Below, piece by piece: positions 1 through 13,998 of a DNA stretch of 64,000 nt (position 1 is the stretch's first letter; the number at the start of each line of letters is the position of its first letter). The notes under the pieces were generated by a model that had not been told where the DNA came from, did no database searches, and was given only the letters and a program-made list of their open reading frames with translations. The position numbers were made by a program, and so were the translations under genes. The DNA is taken from assembly GCF_009914755.1 (NCBI RefSeq), contig NC_060930.1; one strand, written 5' to 3'. This DNA is from the human T2T-CHM13v2.0 reference genome, Homo sapiens.

Positions 1-545
1 AAAAATACTCAGAATTTAATTCTTGAAAATGTGTAAGGCAGTTAATTTCAGTAGAACATTAGTATTTCAAAATGCATTTTGTCAAACTGGTTAAAGTGTT
101 GTGAGTATTTTACAAATATAACCTGGGTTCATATATATAACATATATATAAAGTCTGGCATGGTATAGAATACAAACATTCATAGAAGAAAATTTTATGG
201 AATTATATACCACAAAAGACAACTTTAAGGACACTGGTTTCTTCGAATGGAAACTATACAGTTAAAGTAGATTCTGGATTGCTTCATGCTATCCTCACTT
301 TTAAGCTGTGGTTATTTAACTTGAAACAGACTGACTTTACATGATGATTGCCGGTAAGGAATATATTGTTATAATTCTGGAAAACTAAATGGACATAAAG
401 ACCATCTCATGATTCAGTTGAATTTAGAGGTAGACTGCTTTATCTTACTTATGATTTTGCTTGCATTTATCCACTGTTTGGTATTTGAACTGTACCAGTT
501 TTTGTTTAAGTGAAATGAAAAGTAGGGACTTAACATATATTTGTG

Positions 546-2881
546 CAGGCATACCTTGGAAAGATTGCAGGTTTGGTTCCAGAACACCACAATAAAGCAA
601 ATATTGCAATAAAGTGAGCCAAATGAATTTTTTGTTTTCCTAGTGCATGTAAAAGTTACATTTTACCTGTAGTCTTTAAATGTGAAATAGCATTATGTCT
701 GAAAAAAAAGTACAGACGTTAATTTAAAAATACTTTATTGCTGAAAAATTGCTAACGATCATCTGAGCCTTCAGCAAGGACGTTATCTTTTTTCTGGTAG
801 AGGGTCTTGTCTTTGTGTTGATGACTGCTGACTGATCAAGGTGATGATTGCTGGAGATTGGGATGATGGCAGTTTTCTTAAAACAGCAATGAAGTTTGCC
901 ACTAAGGAAGAGCAATAGACTCTTCCTTTCATGAAAGATTTCTCTGTAGCATGGGATGCTGTTGGGTAGCATTTTATCCACAGTAGAACTTTCAAAATTG
1001 GAGTCAGTCCTTTCAAACCCTGCTGCGGCTTTATCAACCGAGTTTATGTAATAGTCTAAATCCTTTGTTGTCATTTCCACGGTGTTCACATGATCTTCAC
1101 CAGGAGTAGATTGCATCTCAAGAAACCACTTTCTTTGCTCATCCATAAGAAGCAACTCCTCATCCATTCAAACTTTATCATGAGATTGCAACAATTCAGT
1201 CACATCTTCAGGCTCCACTTCTAATTCTAGTTCTCTTGCTATTTCGACCACACCTATGGTTACTTCCTCCACTAAAGTGTTGATCCCCTCAAAGTCATCC
1301 ATGAGGAATGGAGTCAATTGCTTTCCAACTCCTATGAAAGTTGATATTTGGACCTCTTCTCATGAGTCACGATTGTTCTTAAGGGCATCTGGAATGGTGA
1401 CTCCTTTCCAGAAGGTTTTCAATTTCCTTTGCCCAGGTCCATCAGAGGAATCACTATCTCTGGCAGTTTTAGCCTTCTTACACAGTGTATTTCTTAAATA
1501 ATAAGACTAGAAAGTCAAAATTACTCTTTGATCCATGGTCTGCAGAATGGATGTTGTGTTAGCAGTCATGAAAACAACATTGATCTACTTGGACATCTCC
1601 ATCACAGCTCTTGGTTGACCAGGTACATTGTCATTGAAGAAAATACTCATTAAAATGAAAGGAATCTTTTTTTTTTCTGAGCAGTTCTCAACAGTGGGCT
1701 TCACATATTCAGTAGGCCGTGCTGTAAACTGATGTACTGTCATCCAGGCTTTTTTGTTTCATTTATAGAGCACAGCCAGGGTAGATTTAGCATAATTCTC
1801 AAGGGCGCCAGAATGGTAAATGAGCATTGGCTTTAATATAAAGTCACCAGCTGCATTAGCTCCTAAGAAGAGTCAGCCTGTCCTTTGAAGCTTGGAAGTC
1901 AGGGATTGACTTCTCTCTAGCTGTGCAAGTCCTAAATGGCATCTTCTTCTGATATAAGGCTGTTTAATCTACATGGAATATCTGTTGTTTGGGGTAGCCA
2001 CCTTCATCAGTTAGCTAGATCTTCTGGATAATTTGTGCTTCTACATCAGCATTTGCTGCTTCACCTTGCACTTTTATGTTATAGAGGTGTCTTTTGTTAA
2101 ACCTAAAGAACTGACATCTGCTAGTATCAAACTTTCTTTTGCAGCTTTCTCACATCCCAGCCTGCATGGAATTGAAGAGAGTTGGGGTCTTTCTCTGGGT
2201 TAGGCTTTGGCTTAGGGGAGTGTTGTAGCTGGTTTCATCTTCTATTTAGACCACTCAAACTTTCTTCATATCAGAGAGCAGTCTGTTTTGCTTTCTTATG
2301 ATTTGTGTGTTCACTAGTGTAACACTTTTAATTTCCTTTAAGAATTTTTCTTTGCATTTGCAACTTGGCTGTTTGGTACGAGAGGCCTAGCTTTCAGCCT
2401 AACTCATCTTTGAACGTGCCTTCCTCATTAAGCTTTATCATCTCTAGCACTTGATTTAAAGTGAGATATCTGACTCTTTTTTTCACTTGAACACTCAGAG
2501 GCCAATGTAGGATTATTAGTTGGCCTGATTTCAATATTGTTGTATCTCAGGGAATAGGGAAACCCGAGGAGAGGGAGAGAGACTGAGGAATGGCTGGTTG
2601 GTGGAGCAGTGAGAACACACAAGATTTATCGAGTAAATTATCGAGTAAAATAGTAACATCAGAGATCACTTATCACAGATCACTATAATAATAAAATACA
2701 ATAATAAAATAATAAGATAATAAAATTTGAAATATTGTTAGAATTACCAAAATGTGACACAAAGTGAGCCCATGCTGTTGGAAAAATGGTACTGATAGAC
2801 TTGCTTGACACAGAGTTGCCTCAAACTTACCATTTGTAAAAGCCAAAATAAAGTGAAGTACAATAAAACAAGGTATGCCTG
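546..2881 (-). mobile_element. Tigger1 DNA transposon (TcMar-Tigger), near full length, inactivated transposase
   Basis: TIRs CAGGCATACCTT (546) and AAGGTATGCCTG (ends 2881, then TA). Minus-strand transposase remnants: [50 protein letters not shown] (ORF 724..1167). Confidence 0.95.
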
Positions 2882-3519
2882 TAGATATTAATCACTGGAT
2901 TAGCTCATCAAAGGGTTTTTAGAGAAAGTTAGCTTTGGGAGCCATAGAGTAAATGTAAATGTAACTTAACTCCTGGCCAGCTTCAACAATATTTTTAAAT
3001 AAGTAAGATTCTAATGATTATAATTGCCTCCAGTTCCGCAAGTCAACCATTAAGCTGATAATAGTAGTTATTCATCCAGGGTTAGCTCCAATATGTCTTT
3101 CAATATGATCTTAATACTTGCCAGTTGCTCATTGGACCTTGCCATTTCATAAAGGATATGCCGAACATCCCAAACTAGGACTGAGGCGGGACTGAGGACC
3201 ATGGGAACCTCTACTAGGAAATAACTACTGTCTGAATATGTGAAATTCTAGGCGTCAGGATAAAAATGCAGAAAGAAACAGATTAGAAATATGTTTCACT
3301 AGTGGTAGAGTGTACCACGTTAGGAACCACATCTCTTCTCAACAGTGGCAGTCTATAAGTGATAATATTCTGATGGGATTCATTGTGGCCTTCTCCATGC
3401 CAGTGACCTTAGTGATTTGGTGTGTATCTTAATCATTAGTTAACAGATGCTGCCTACAGTGCCATTTACAACTTTGTCTGCTCAAAAGAGGCGAGTAAAC
3501 ACAACTTCTGAAACATCTG

Positions 3520-3715
3520 TCATTTGTTGAATGGCCGCTGTGTGTTAGGCACTTTACATATATTATTTCTAATCTTCAGAATAACTCTTCAAAGTACATT
3601 TGAAAGGAAACTCAGAGAGGTAAATTAAATTGTCCCAAATCTTATAGCTAGTATATGACTGAGCTGGGCTTTAGACCCAAGTCTTTGCCTCTAGACTCCT
3701 CTTTCTTCTTTACCA
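3520..3715 (-). mobile_element. MIR SINE
   Basis: MIR core in reverse: gaaactcagagaggtaaattaaattgtcccaa...gagctgggctttagacccaagtct. Confidence 0.7.
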
Positions 3716-3829
3716 TGCTACTTCAGCTACTTCCTCCTTACTTTCTTCACGCAAAATTAATTTCTTGCTTCATCTTGCTACTTCTGCTCTTTGTACATAT
3801 TTTTATTATGTTTTTCAATTACGTTATAA

Positions 3830-3960
3830 TTTGTATTTATCTCTTCTAGACTGTGAGCTTTTTGAGGGTCAGTCCATTGCCTCACCTTTGAATTCTTATA
3901 CCCTAGCATTATAGTACCTGGCACGTAGTAAATGATAAATATATGTTTATTGAGATGAAT
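3830..3960 (+). mobile_element. L2 3' end fragment
   Basis: ctagactgtgagctttttgaggg...gtacctggcacgtagta...tgaat resembles the L2 terminus. Confidence 0.65.
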
Positions 3961-4876
3961 TTTTAAAATTTTAACAGTTGCTTGATTTAAACATTCTATA
4001 TTGCATTGTTTCTCATCTGCATCTCTTGGAGTGAATATGCTGTTAAGGAAGAATGAAGTGTTTAAGCAACTCATATAAATCATTTTTATACATACCTTTA
4101 AAACATGCAAATGCTTATTGAGAGTAGTTTTCTGTGTTGGGTATAATGCTTTCATATATTTTGTTTAATCTTTTAGGCAATCCTGAGAGATTATTGTTCT
4201 TATTTTACAGATTCAGATACTGAAGCAAAGAGTAACTTGCTTAGATCTGATAGCTAATAGTGAAAAAGTCATTATCTTTTTTCATAATATGATAACACAT
4301 ATGTTAACTCAGAAGGCATTTTTTCGTCATCATAAACTTGGAAATGAAACTAATAGAAAGGAGCATAGTCTAGAACCAGTACTACTTGGATTTAAGAAAT
4401 AACTGTGTGAAGGATTTGCACAAATTTGCTTAATAGGCATTCTGATTAATTGGATACCAAATGAAAGGGAAATATGCTGTCACTAGTGTTTTTTTCCCAT
4501 GTACAAAGAGATGTGATGTGATTTTTCACCTTGTGTATTATCCCAATAGGTGAAGTGGGAAAATATACTGACCTTTTTATCTTAGAGACTGACCTCTAGA
4601 AAGTAGTCTTGTTTATATATTACTTTGATAAAAATAAATTCTTAAAAAGTAATAATGAGAACTACAAACATCTTAACATTTTACAGCCAGAACGACTTAA
4701 TTTTAGAAATATTGAAATATCACTCCATCAGTGAAGTGACATGGCTGAGATCAGTTATTTAATGACAGAGGCAGGACTGGAACCAGAGTTTCCTGGACCT
4801 TTGTTCTCTGCCTTTCCTTTTTCTCCTACATAGCTTGTTAACTCAGGCAGGTCGAGAGAGAATAAATATTACGGTA

Positions 4877-5095
4877 CAGGTTGAACATTCCTAATCTGAA
4901 ATTTTGAAATTCAAAATGCTCCAAAATCCTAAACTTTTTGAGCAACATGACACTCAAAGGAAATACTAGAACATTTCAGATTTCGGATTTTCAGGTTAAG
5001 GATGCTGAGTCAGTAAATAGCATGAAAATATTCCAAAATCTGAAGTCTGAAATCCTTCTGGTCTCAAGCATTTCAGATAAGGGATATTCAACCTG
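4877..5095. mobile_element. Tigger4a/MER46-type MITE
   Basis: TIRs CAGGTTGAACATTCCT and AGGGATATTCAACCTG, with TA on both flanks (4875-76, 5096-97). Confidence 0.85.
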
Positions 5096-5952
5096 TACTT
5101 AAAAGTACCCTGGTAAGTGTTTGCATCAGTGAGCCTGAAGATGTATGAATGGAACTAATTTGTCCAGAAAATAAAATATACTGGAAAATGTAATATATTA
5201 GGCTTTCTAACATTTTAAGTTGCCATTGCCCTTGTAAAAGCTAGTGATCCATATTCATTATCTAGCCAGTTTTAGAACTCCTACCAAGTTCAGCCTGCTA
5301 TTTATTTCCCCTACCTTGGAAGACACTTGTATGGGGATTCCATGTAGAGCATACTAATCCCTCGAAACCCCGTATCTGTCACTTAATAACCATTGCCAAA
5401 ATTCTCTTTCTGTACATATCACTTCTTTAAGTGTGTTTTTCACAGGATTCCTAAATTGTTTAACTGTGTCAGTTATATGCTTCTGAAGTAGAGAGATAAA
5501 TAGCTTCCTTTCTTTTTCAAATAGATTTTCTTTCTTTGAATATATTCTAAATTCCCAACCCCAATCTAAAATGAGAGTCAATATTGTATATACAGTTTTT
5601 TAGGTAACTTGACTTTTAAAAAATCTACAATTAAATGTTTTTTTTTTGGCTTTACTTTTATTTTCTTTAACTATTTTGGCTTCCATCTTAGTGTTCTGAC
5701 CCAAATTTGGTTGCTAAGAGTTTAGAGAAGAATTTTTATTTAGAAAAGGGCAGGGTCTGTAAATCCCAGTATAAATGCAAAACTTGGCTGGTGTTAGGAA
5801 AGGGATAATTGGTCCCTGGGAAAAAGATGAGGGCTGCTTCAGGCTGGTCTCTCTGTGTCAGCAGCAAATGTAGGGGCAGGTGTTCCCTTCTTTTTATTGG
5901 TAATAAGCATTGGGAGGCTGGGAATTCAACCTGGAATGAAGGTTAAAAGGCT

Positions 5953-6001
<49 letters not shown>

Positions 6002-6033
6002 TACTAGTAGTAAGTAGTAGTAGTAGTAGTAGT
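5953..6033. repeat. Compound microsatellite (CT)n(GT)n(TAG)n
   Basis: Directly visible. Confidence 0.95.
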
Positions 6034-6112
6034 CCCGTTTATTCAAAGGCAATATGTTCCAAAACCCCCAGTGGGTGCCTGAAACCATGGATATTTCTGA
6101 ACCCCATATATA

Positions 6113-7568
<1,456 letters not shown>

Positions 7569-8743
7569 TACTATGTTTTTTCCTACACATGCATACCTGT
7601 GATAAAGTTTAACTTAGAACTTAGGCACAGTCAGAGATTAACAACAACAAATACTGTAGTAAAAGTTATATGAATGCGGTCTCTCGCTCTCAAAATATTG
7701 TATTGTACTATACTTATCTATGTTCAGACAATATTCGATAGTGGGTAACTGTAATTGCAGAAAGTGAAACTGCAGATAAACGAAGAGTATTGTATATATG
7801 TATATTTAGGATATGTATACACATGCACATATACATACTACATCATAGTTCCCTTTTAGGCATTATAGTTGCTAAGCCATTTTTGTTTCAATATTTAGTG
7901 TCAGTCAAAGAAAAAATAAAAGAAAGTGAATATTTAGTATATATATTTGGAATTGTTCACATTCATACTGGTATAGTCAGCACCTTCCTTCAATAGCGTT
8001 CCCAAGAAGGCATGCTTCTCTTGGGGTTACTCTGTATTCTAGCTTACCATTAGGTTAAGTTCCTCTTCCTAAATGCTGTATTATAGGAGGTGAGCTTAAG
8101 TAGAAAAAATTACTTCAAATGTCTACTTAGAGTTATTTATGTTTTGTAAATGTGCCCTAAAGATATATGCTACTTTTCAGTATTTGTGTCAGACCTCCAT
8201 TTTACTTTTTTAAAAAATGTGAAAAGTCCTTACCCTTGATAGGTACAGAGTCAATTAATAAGTGCCAGTATGATATGGCCTTCATAGGATTTAACTTCTT
8301 AGGAGGCTTACCTGTATATCTTATTGAGAATGAAAATGCTATAATTTTTAAAAACCGAAATTGTCATTAGGGATTTTTTTTTGTTTTTACCATTTGTCAT
8401 TAAGTTTTTATTTTCTTAATTTCTGTCTCATTATTTTTGAATCATAAATTCATATCCTCTAGCAATACCAAGTCCAAGGTCCAGATGACATTTCTTCGAT
8501 CTGAACCATTTTCTGGATATGTCTTGGGACTGCTTGAGTTATAATTTTGATTCTTTAATATTAACTATGATAATAAAATGTATTTATCTTTGTTTAGTGT
8601 TTGAAAGGAAGGTCTAAGAAAGTAAGATAGTTCATGAAGAGGAGTCACAATTTCTAGGGATATGTTTTCTGTAGAAAAGAAACCTAAACAGAAGAGAGAG
8701 GAGGTAGGGATGGGGACAAGGAATTGAAACTAAGGAAGGAAAT

Positions 8744-9776
8744 TGGCAACAAAAGCCAAAATTGAGAAATGGGATCTCTAATTAAACTAAAGAGCTTCTG
8801 CACAGCAAAAGAAACTACCATCAGACTGAACAGGCAACCTACAGAATGGGAGAGAATTTTTGCAATCTACCCATCTGACAAAGGGCTAATATCTAGAATC
8901 TGCAAAGACCTTAAACAAATTTACAAGAAAAAAACCCATCAAAAAGTGGGCAAAGGATATGAACAGACACTTCTCAGAACAAGACATTTATGCAGCCAAC
9001 AGACACAAGAAAAAATGCTCATCATCGCTGGCCATCAGAGAAATGCAAATCAAAACCACAATGAGATGCCATCCCACACCAGTTAGAATGGCGATCATTA
9101 AAAAGTCAGGAAACAACAGGTGCTGGAGAGGATGTGGAGAAATAGGAACACTTTTACACTGTTGGTGGGACTGTAAACTAGTTCAACCATTGTGGAAAAC
9201 TGTGGCGATTCCTCAGGGATCTAGAACTAGAAATACCATTTGACCCAGCCATCCCATTACTGGTGTATATCCAAAGGATTATAAATCATGCTGCTATAAA
9301 GAGACATGCACACGTATGTTTATTGTGGCACTATTCATAATAGCAAAGACTTGGAACCAACCCACATGTCCATCAATGATAGACTGGATTAAGAAAATGT
9401 GGCACATATACACCATGGAATACTATGCAGCCATAAAAAAGGATGAGTTCATGTCCTTTGTAGGGACATGGATGAAGCTGGAAACCATCATTCTGAGCAA
9501 ACTGTCGCAAGGACAGAAAACCAAAGATCGCGTGCTCTCACTCATAGGTGGGAATTGGAACAATGAAAACACTTGGACACAGGGTGGAGAACATCACACA
9601 CTGGGGTCTGTCATGGGGTGGGGGGAAGGGGGAGGGATAGCATTAGGAGATATACCTAACATAAATGACGAGTTAATGGGTGCAGCATACCAACATGGCA
9701 TATGTATACATATGTAACAAACCTGCACGTTGTGCACATGTACCCTAGAACTTAAAGTATAATAATAATAAAAAAA
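8744..9776 (+). mobile_element. L1PA (about L1PA4-6) 5'-truncated copy: ORF2 C-terminus plus 3' UTR
   Basis: ORF2 peptides in shifting frames ([55 protein letters not shown]), G-rich 3' UTR, taccctagaacttaaagtataat and A tail. Confidence 0.95.
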
Positions 9777-10071
9777 GAGTGGTCAGAGGTAAGAGGAGAG
9801 CCCAGAGAGTGTAGCATGTTGAACTTATTGTAGTATCAGATGAATAAGTCTACTGATGGCTATATTTATTGAAACCTCACTGTGTATCAGACCCTATATA
9901 AAGCATTTTGCATGCATCTCATTTTCTATAAAGTGAGCGTATAAATTTATTTAAAATATGTGATATCAGGTGTGATAGGTTAATTTTTTATTTTAAATGA
10001 CTAACTACATGAACAGTAAAATAATCATAGAATAAACAGTGGCAGTACCAACACATTTAAAAGAAGCCTCA

Positions 10072-10378
<307 letters not shown>

Positions 10379-10710
10379 TCATTAGATTGTCACATTCCAT
10401 CTCATGACTTTGGCTAAGTAGATTAAGCATTGAAAGAAAAAGATTTTTTTCACCAAACTTTATGCAAATAGGAAGAACACAATTTCTTACTGGAGTCCAG
10501 TTGCTTGTGTTATGATAATCATGGAATATAATCTAAGAGCATATATCTACTTGTTGTAGTAGGACTTGAAAAAAATGAAAATAGCTTTGAGGAATGTAGG
10601 TTACTAGATCAATTAACATTAGCTTATTAACATACTCCATTACTCCCCTTCATTTGGTATGTTATCCCATATACTTACATGTACATCAATTTTTCTAACT
10701 TTTTATAAAT

Positions 10711-10827
10711 AAAGACGGGGTCTCGCTGTGTTGCCCAGGCTGGTCTCAAACTCCTGGACTCAAGCAGTCTGCCCACCTTGGCCTCCCAAAATGCTAGGAT
10801 TACAGGCACGAGCCACAGTGTCCTGCC
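10711..10827 (-). mobile_element. FLAM / Alu left monomer
   Basis: Single-arm Alu sequence. Confidence 0.8.
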
Positions 10828-10863
10828 TCTAATTTTTTTCATAATCCTGTCGTGGCTTATATA

Positions 10864-11217
<354 letters not shown>

Positions 11218-11319
11218 TAAAAAAACGTATACCCAGGGTTTTGGTACTAAGGAAGGAAAGTGATGTATTTCCTTCTTAGAAATTTTACTTTTAGTAGTTA
11301 ACATTTCTTTAACACCTTT

Positions 11320-11480
11320 TAATGTGCTTGGCATTGTTCTAAGAATGTTACATGTATTATTTCATTTGAGCCTCACAATAATCCCACGAGGTAGACACCA
11401 TTATTAATTCAGTTTGTAAAAGTGAGGAAACAGGCAGAGATTATTTTGCCCTTGCTTACGGAGTGTCTAAGCCATGACTT
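11320..11480 (-). mobile_element. MIR
   Basis: tcatttgagcctcacaataatccc...gtgaggaaacagg. Confidence 0.6.
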
Positions 11481-11625
11481 GAAAAATTACCACTCAACTG
11501 CAGTTCAGTTGAGCAAACATTTGAGTAACTTTACCATGGACATGGTGCTGTCAGAGATACAAAGATAAATACATAGCGACTATTTTCAAGAAGCTTATAT
11601 TCTTGAGTATTAACTTATACATCTT

Positions 11626-12109
11626 TGTATTAGTTATCTATTGCTGAATGACATTACCCCCAAATTTAGTAGCTTAACACAAGACACATTTATTTTCTCA
11701 TACAGTCTCTGATGGTCAGGAATGCTGGTTCTGGCTCAGGGTCTTACAGTGTCCAGTCAAGCTGTCAGCCAGGACTACTGCATTCTCTGCAGACTTGTCT
11801 AGGGCTGGGGGTTCAGCTCCCAGGGGCATTCATGTGGCTCTTGGCAGGTGGTGGGAGGCCTTCTCCATAGGGCTACTCACAACTGTTTTTTTCAGAATGA
11901 GAGATCACACACACATAGACACAAACACACAGTAAGAGAAACCAAAACAGAAGCCACAGTCTTTGATAGCCTAATCTTGGAAGTGATATACCATCATGTC
12001 TGCTGTATTCTATTGGTCATACACAGACCAGCTCTGGAACATTGTGCGAGCAGACTGCACAAGGGTGTGGTAGGGACTCTTGAAGGCCTGCTGGATGCTG
12101 GCTAAGACA
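11626..12109 (-). mobile_element. MLT1 (MaLR) solo LTR
   Basis: Starts tgtattagttatctattgctg...ttacccccaaatttagtagcttaa; contains atcatgtctgctgtattctattggtca; ends ggctaagaca. Confidence 0.75.
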
Positions 12110-12687
12110 GTCTTAAAGGTGGGTATGGGGAGAAAGGAATGAGGCTAAGGGAAGACTAGGGGCATCATAGCAGGTGAGGGAATGAAGTGTCTGTAAAAAC
12201 AAGGTGATTAGAAAAAGCAGAAAACTGTCTCGATATGTAAAATCATGTTTAAATAGCACAGTCTAGCATTTTCAAGGATTAATCCTGATATTTCTTGATT
12301 ATAAGTTATGTGCCAGTCTCTGTGGTAAACACTGATGAACAAAAGTGAAAATGTCAGTCATTATCCATAAGGAGCTCAGTGATCTAGAGAAGCTAACCTT
12401 TAGATTAAGTAATTCTTTTGTGGCTTGTTGAGTTCAGGAAGAACCAGGCAATGGAACTGTGAAGACAGCACAAGAAGAGGTTAAGAGTGGAGCAGGAACC
12501 TGTTCATGGGAGGGTAGAGAGGCAGGAGAGGTGAACTGCCTATGGGTTGGTACTACCAGGACATGATTATGTTGCTGCTCTTGGGTGCCTTGGAAAGCAA
12601 AGATGTTTTCATCAGTAATATGAAACTGGATTTTCATTATACAGTTTTTTCCTTCTGTCACTCCCTACCATGAATTACGTGAATCTG

Positions 12688-12857
12688 TCATGGTTTCCAG
12701 GCCTGCGTATCAGAATCACCTGGAACTGTTCATACAGATCCATGGCTCCAGTCGATAAATGTGGAATTAGGATCTTAGAACAAGGCCTAGGATGCTGCCT
12801 TGTAAACCAACTCTTCAGGAGATTTTGTTATTGAGAGCTTAGTGGTTGGGAACACCC
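12688..12857. mobile_element. MER5A-type hAT MITE (degenerate)
   Basis: atcagaatcacctggaac...tggttgggaacac. Confidence 0.55.
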
Positions 12858-13110
12858 GATTTTTTTAAAATTATTTTTTGTGATCAATTTATAGCTATCT
12901 TAACGATGTATAATAGTTAATATGGGAGATTTGGACTTATTAAAATTTCAGTATAAATGACTCACTTATTTCCAAGAGCATATGATAACCCAGATTTTTT
13001 TTAAAGTGACTTGTCTTTTAACAGATTATATTAAATTTATCTTTTGAGAATGTTTTCTTCATTTGTATGCAGTATTAGCCATAGAAAATTATCCTTACTA
13101 AATTATAATA

Positions 13111-13998
13111 CAGTTATCCCTGAGTGTCGTCATCCAAAAGACCACTAGGCTGGCTAAATAGTAGAAAGGATAGTTTTATCAGCAATATCAATTTGCAAAC
13201 CAGGAAGAGACAGTCTCTGCCATGTGCATGTGCAGAAAGCACTGTCTCTTCATAGAAGGGAAGTTGAGGTTGGGTTTTATTGCCTCTCAGAGTTTGTATT
13301 ACACAATAGAGTCATACATATTCAGCAGGTTTGGGGGAAAAGCTATACATATTTATGAGAGGAGCTGAGTGCATGCTCAGTGGGTAAACATGGGTAACAT
13401 ATATTCTCTGTTTACTTTGGGGCAAGGTTTTAGCATTAAAATGAGGTAGAATTTGACTGTGTCAGAAGGTGAACTATGGGATGCAAAGGCAGTCTGTGCA
13501 CAGTCTCTATGGTATAGTATGACTGGTAGAGACTGGCTTAAGGTCTACAATTGCTTATCAGAAAAGAACGTTTATAAGGCTGGTCCTGTGTCTAATCAGA
13601 GTTGTGGTCTGGGTTGTAAATCAGTAAGGGGTGGTCTGATAGCTCCTATTGTCAGGGAGTTTAGAGCCATAGGACTTTAGAAATTCGCCATGCCGCCTGG
13701 GCCCTGAACCCTTGACCTGTAGGTAACTTTGCTTCCTTAATCTTAGTTTCGGTCTTAGTTGATAAAGAGGTGTCTATTTTGATCTCAAAGTATATATGGG
13801 GGATTGATTCTAGGACCGCTGCATATACCAAAATCCTGCAGTGGCCCTGCAGAACCCATGTATGTGAAAAGTCGAACCTCCCTGTAGGTGGGTTTTGCAT
13901 CCTTAGAATATTTTTGCTCCATGTTTAATTGAAAAACAAAAATCCACATGTATGTTGGACCCGTGCACTGCAAACCTGCATTGTTCAAGGGTCTACTG
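13111..13998. mobile_element. MER8 Tigger MITE split by an LTR (13111-~13124 and ~13788-13998)
   Basis: TA|CAGTTATCCCT at the left and AAGGGTCTACTG|TA at the right; body gggggattgattctaggacc...ataccaaaatcc. Confidence 0.8.
13125..13787 (-). mobile_element. ERV1-class solo LTR, MER72-like
   Basis: Minus strand begins TGAGATCAAAATAGACACCTCTTTATCAACTAAG and ends GGTCTTTTGGATGACGACA, matching the recalled MER72 consensus. Confidence 0.75.

Noticed and set aside
724-1167. 147-aa ORF as a TIGD1-like gene
   Set aside because: It is the C-terminal remnant of the dead Tigger1 transposase; upstream there is a stop, frameshifts and a lost ATG.
8769-9717. Three overlapping ORFs of 94-133 aa
   Set aside because: Frameshifted pieces of L1 ORF2 and 3' UTR.
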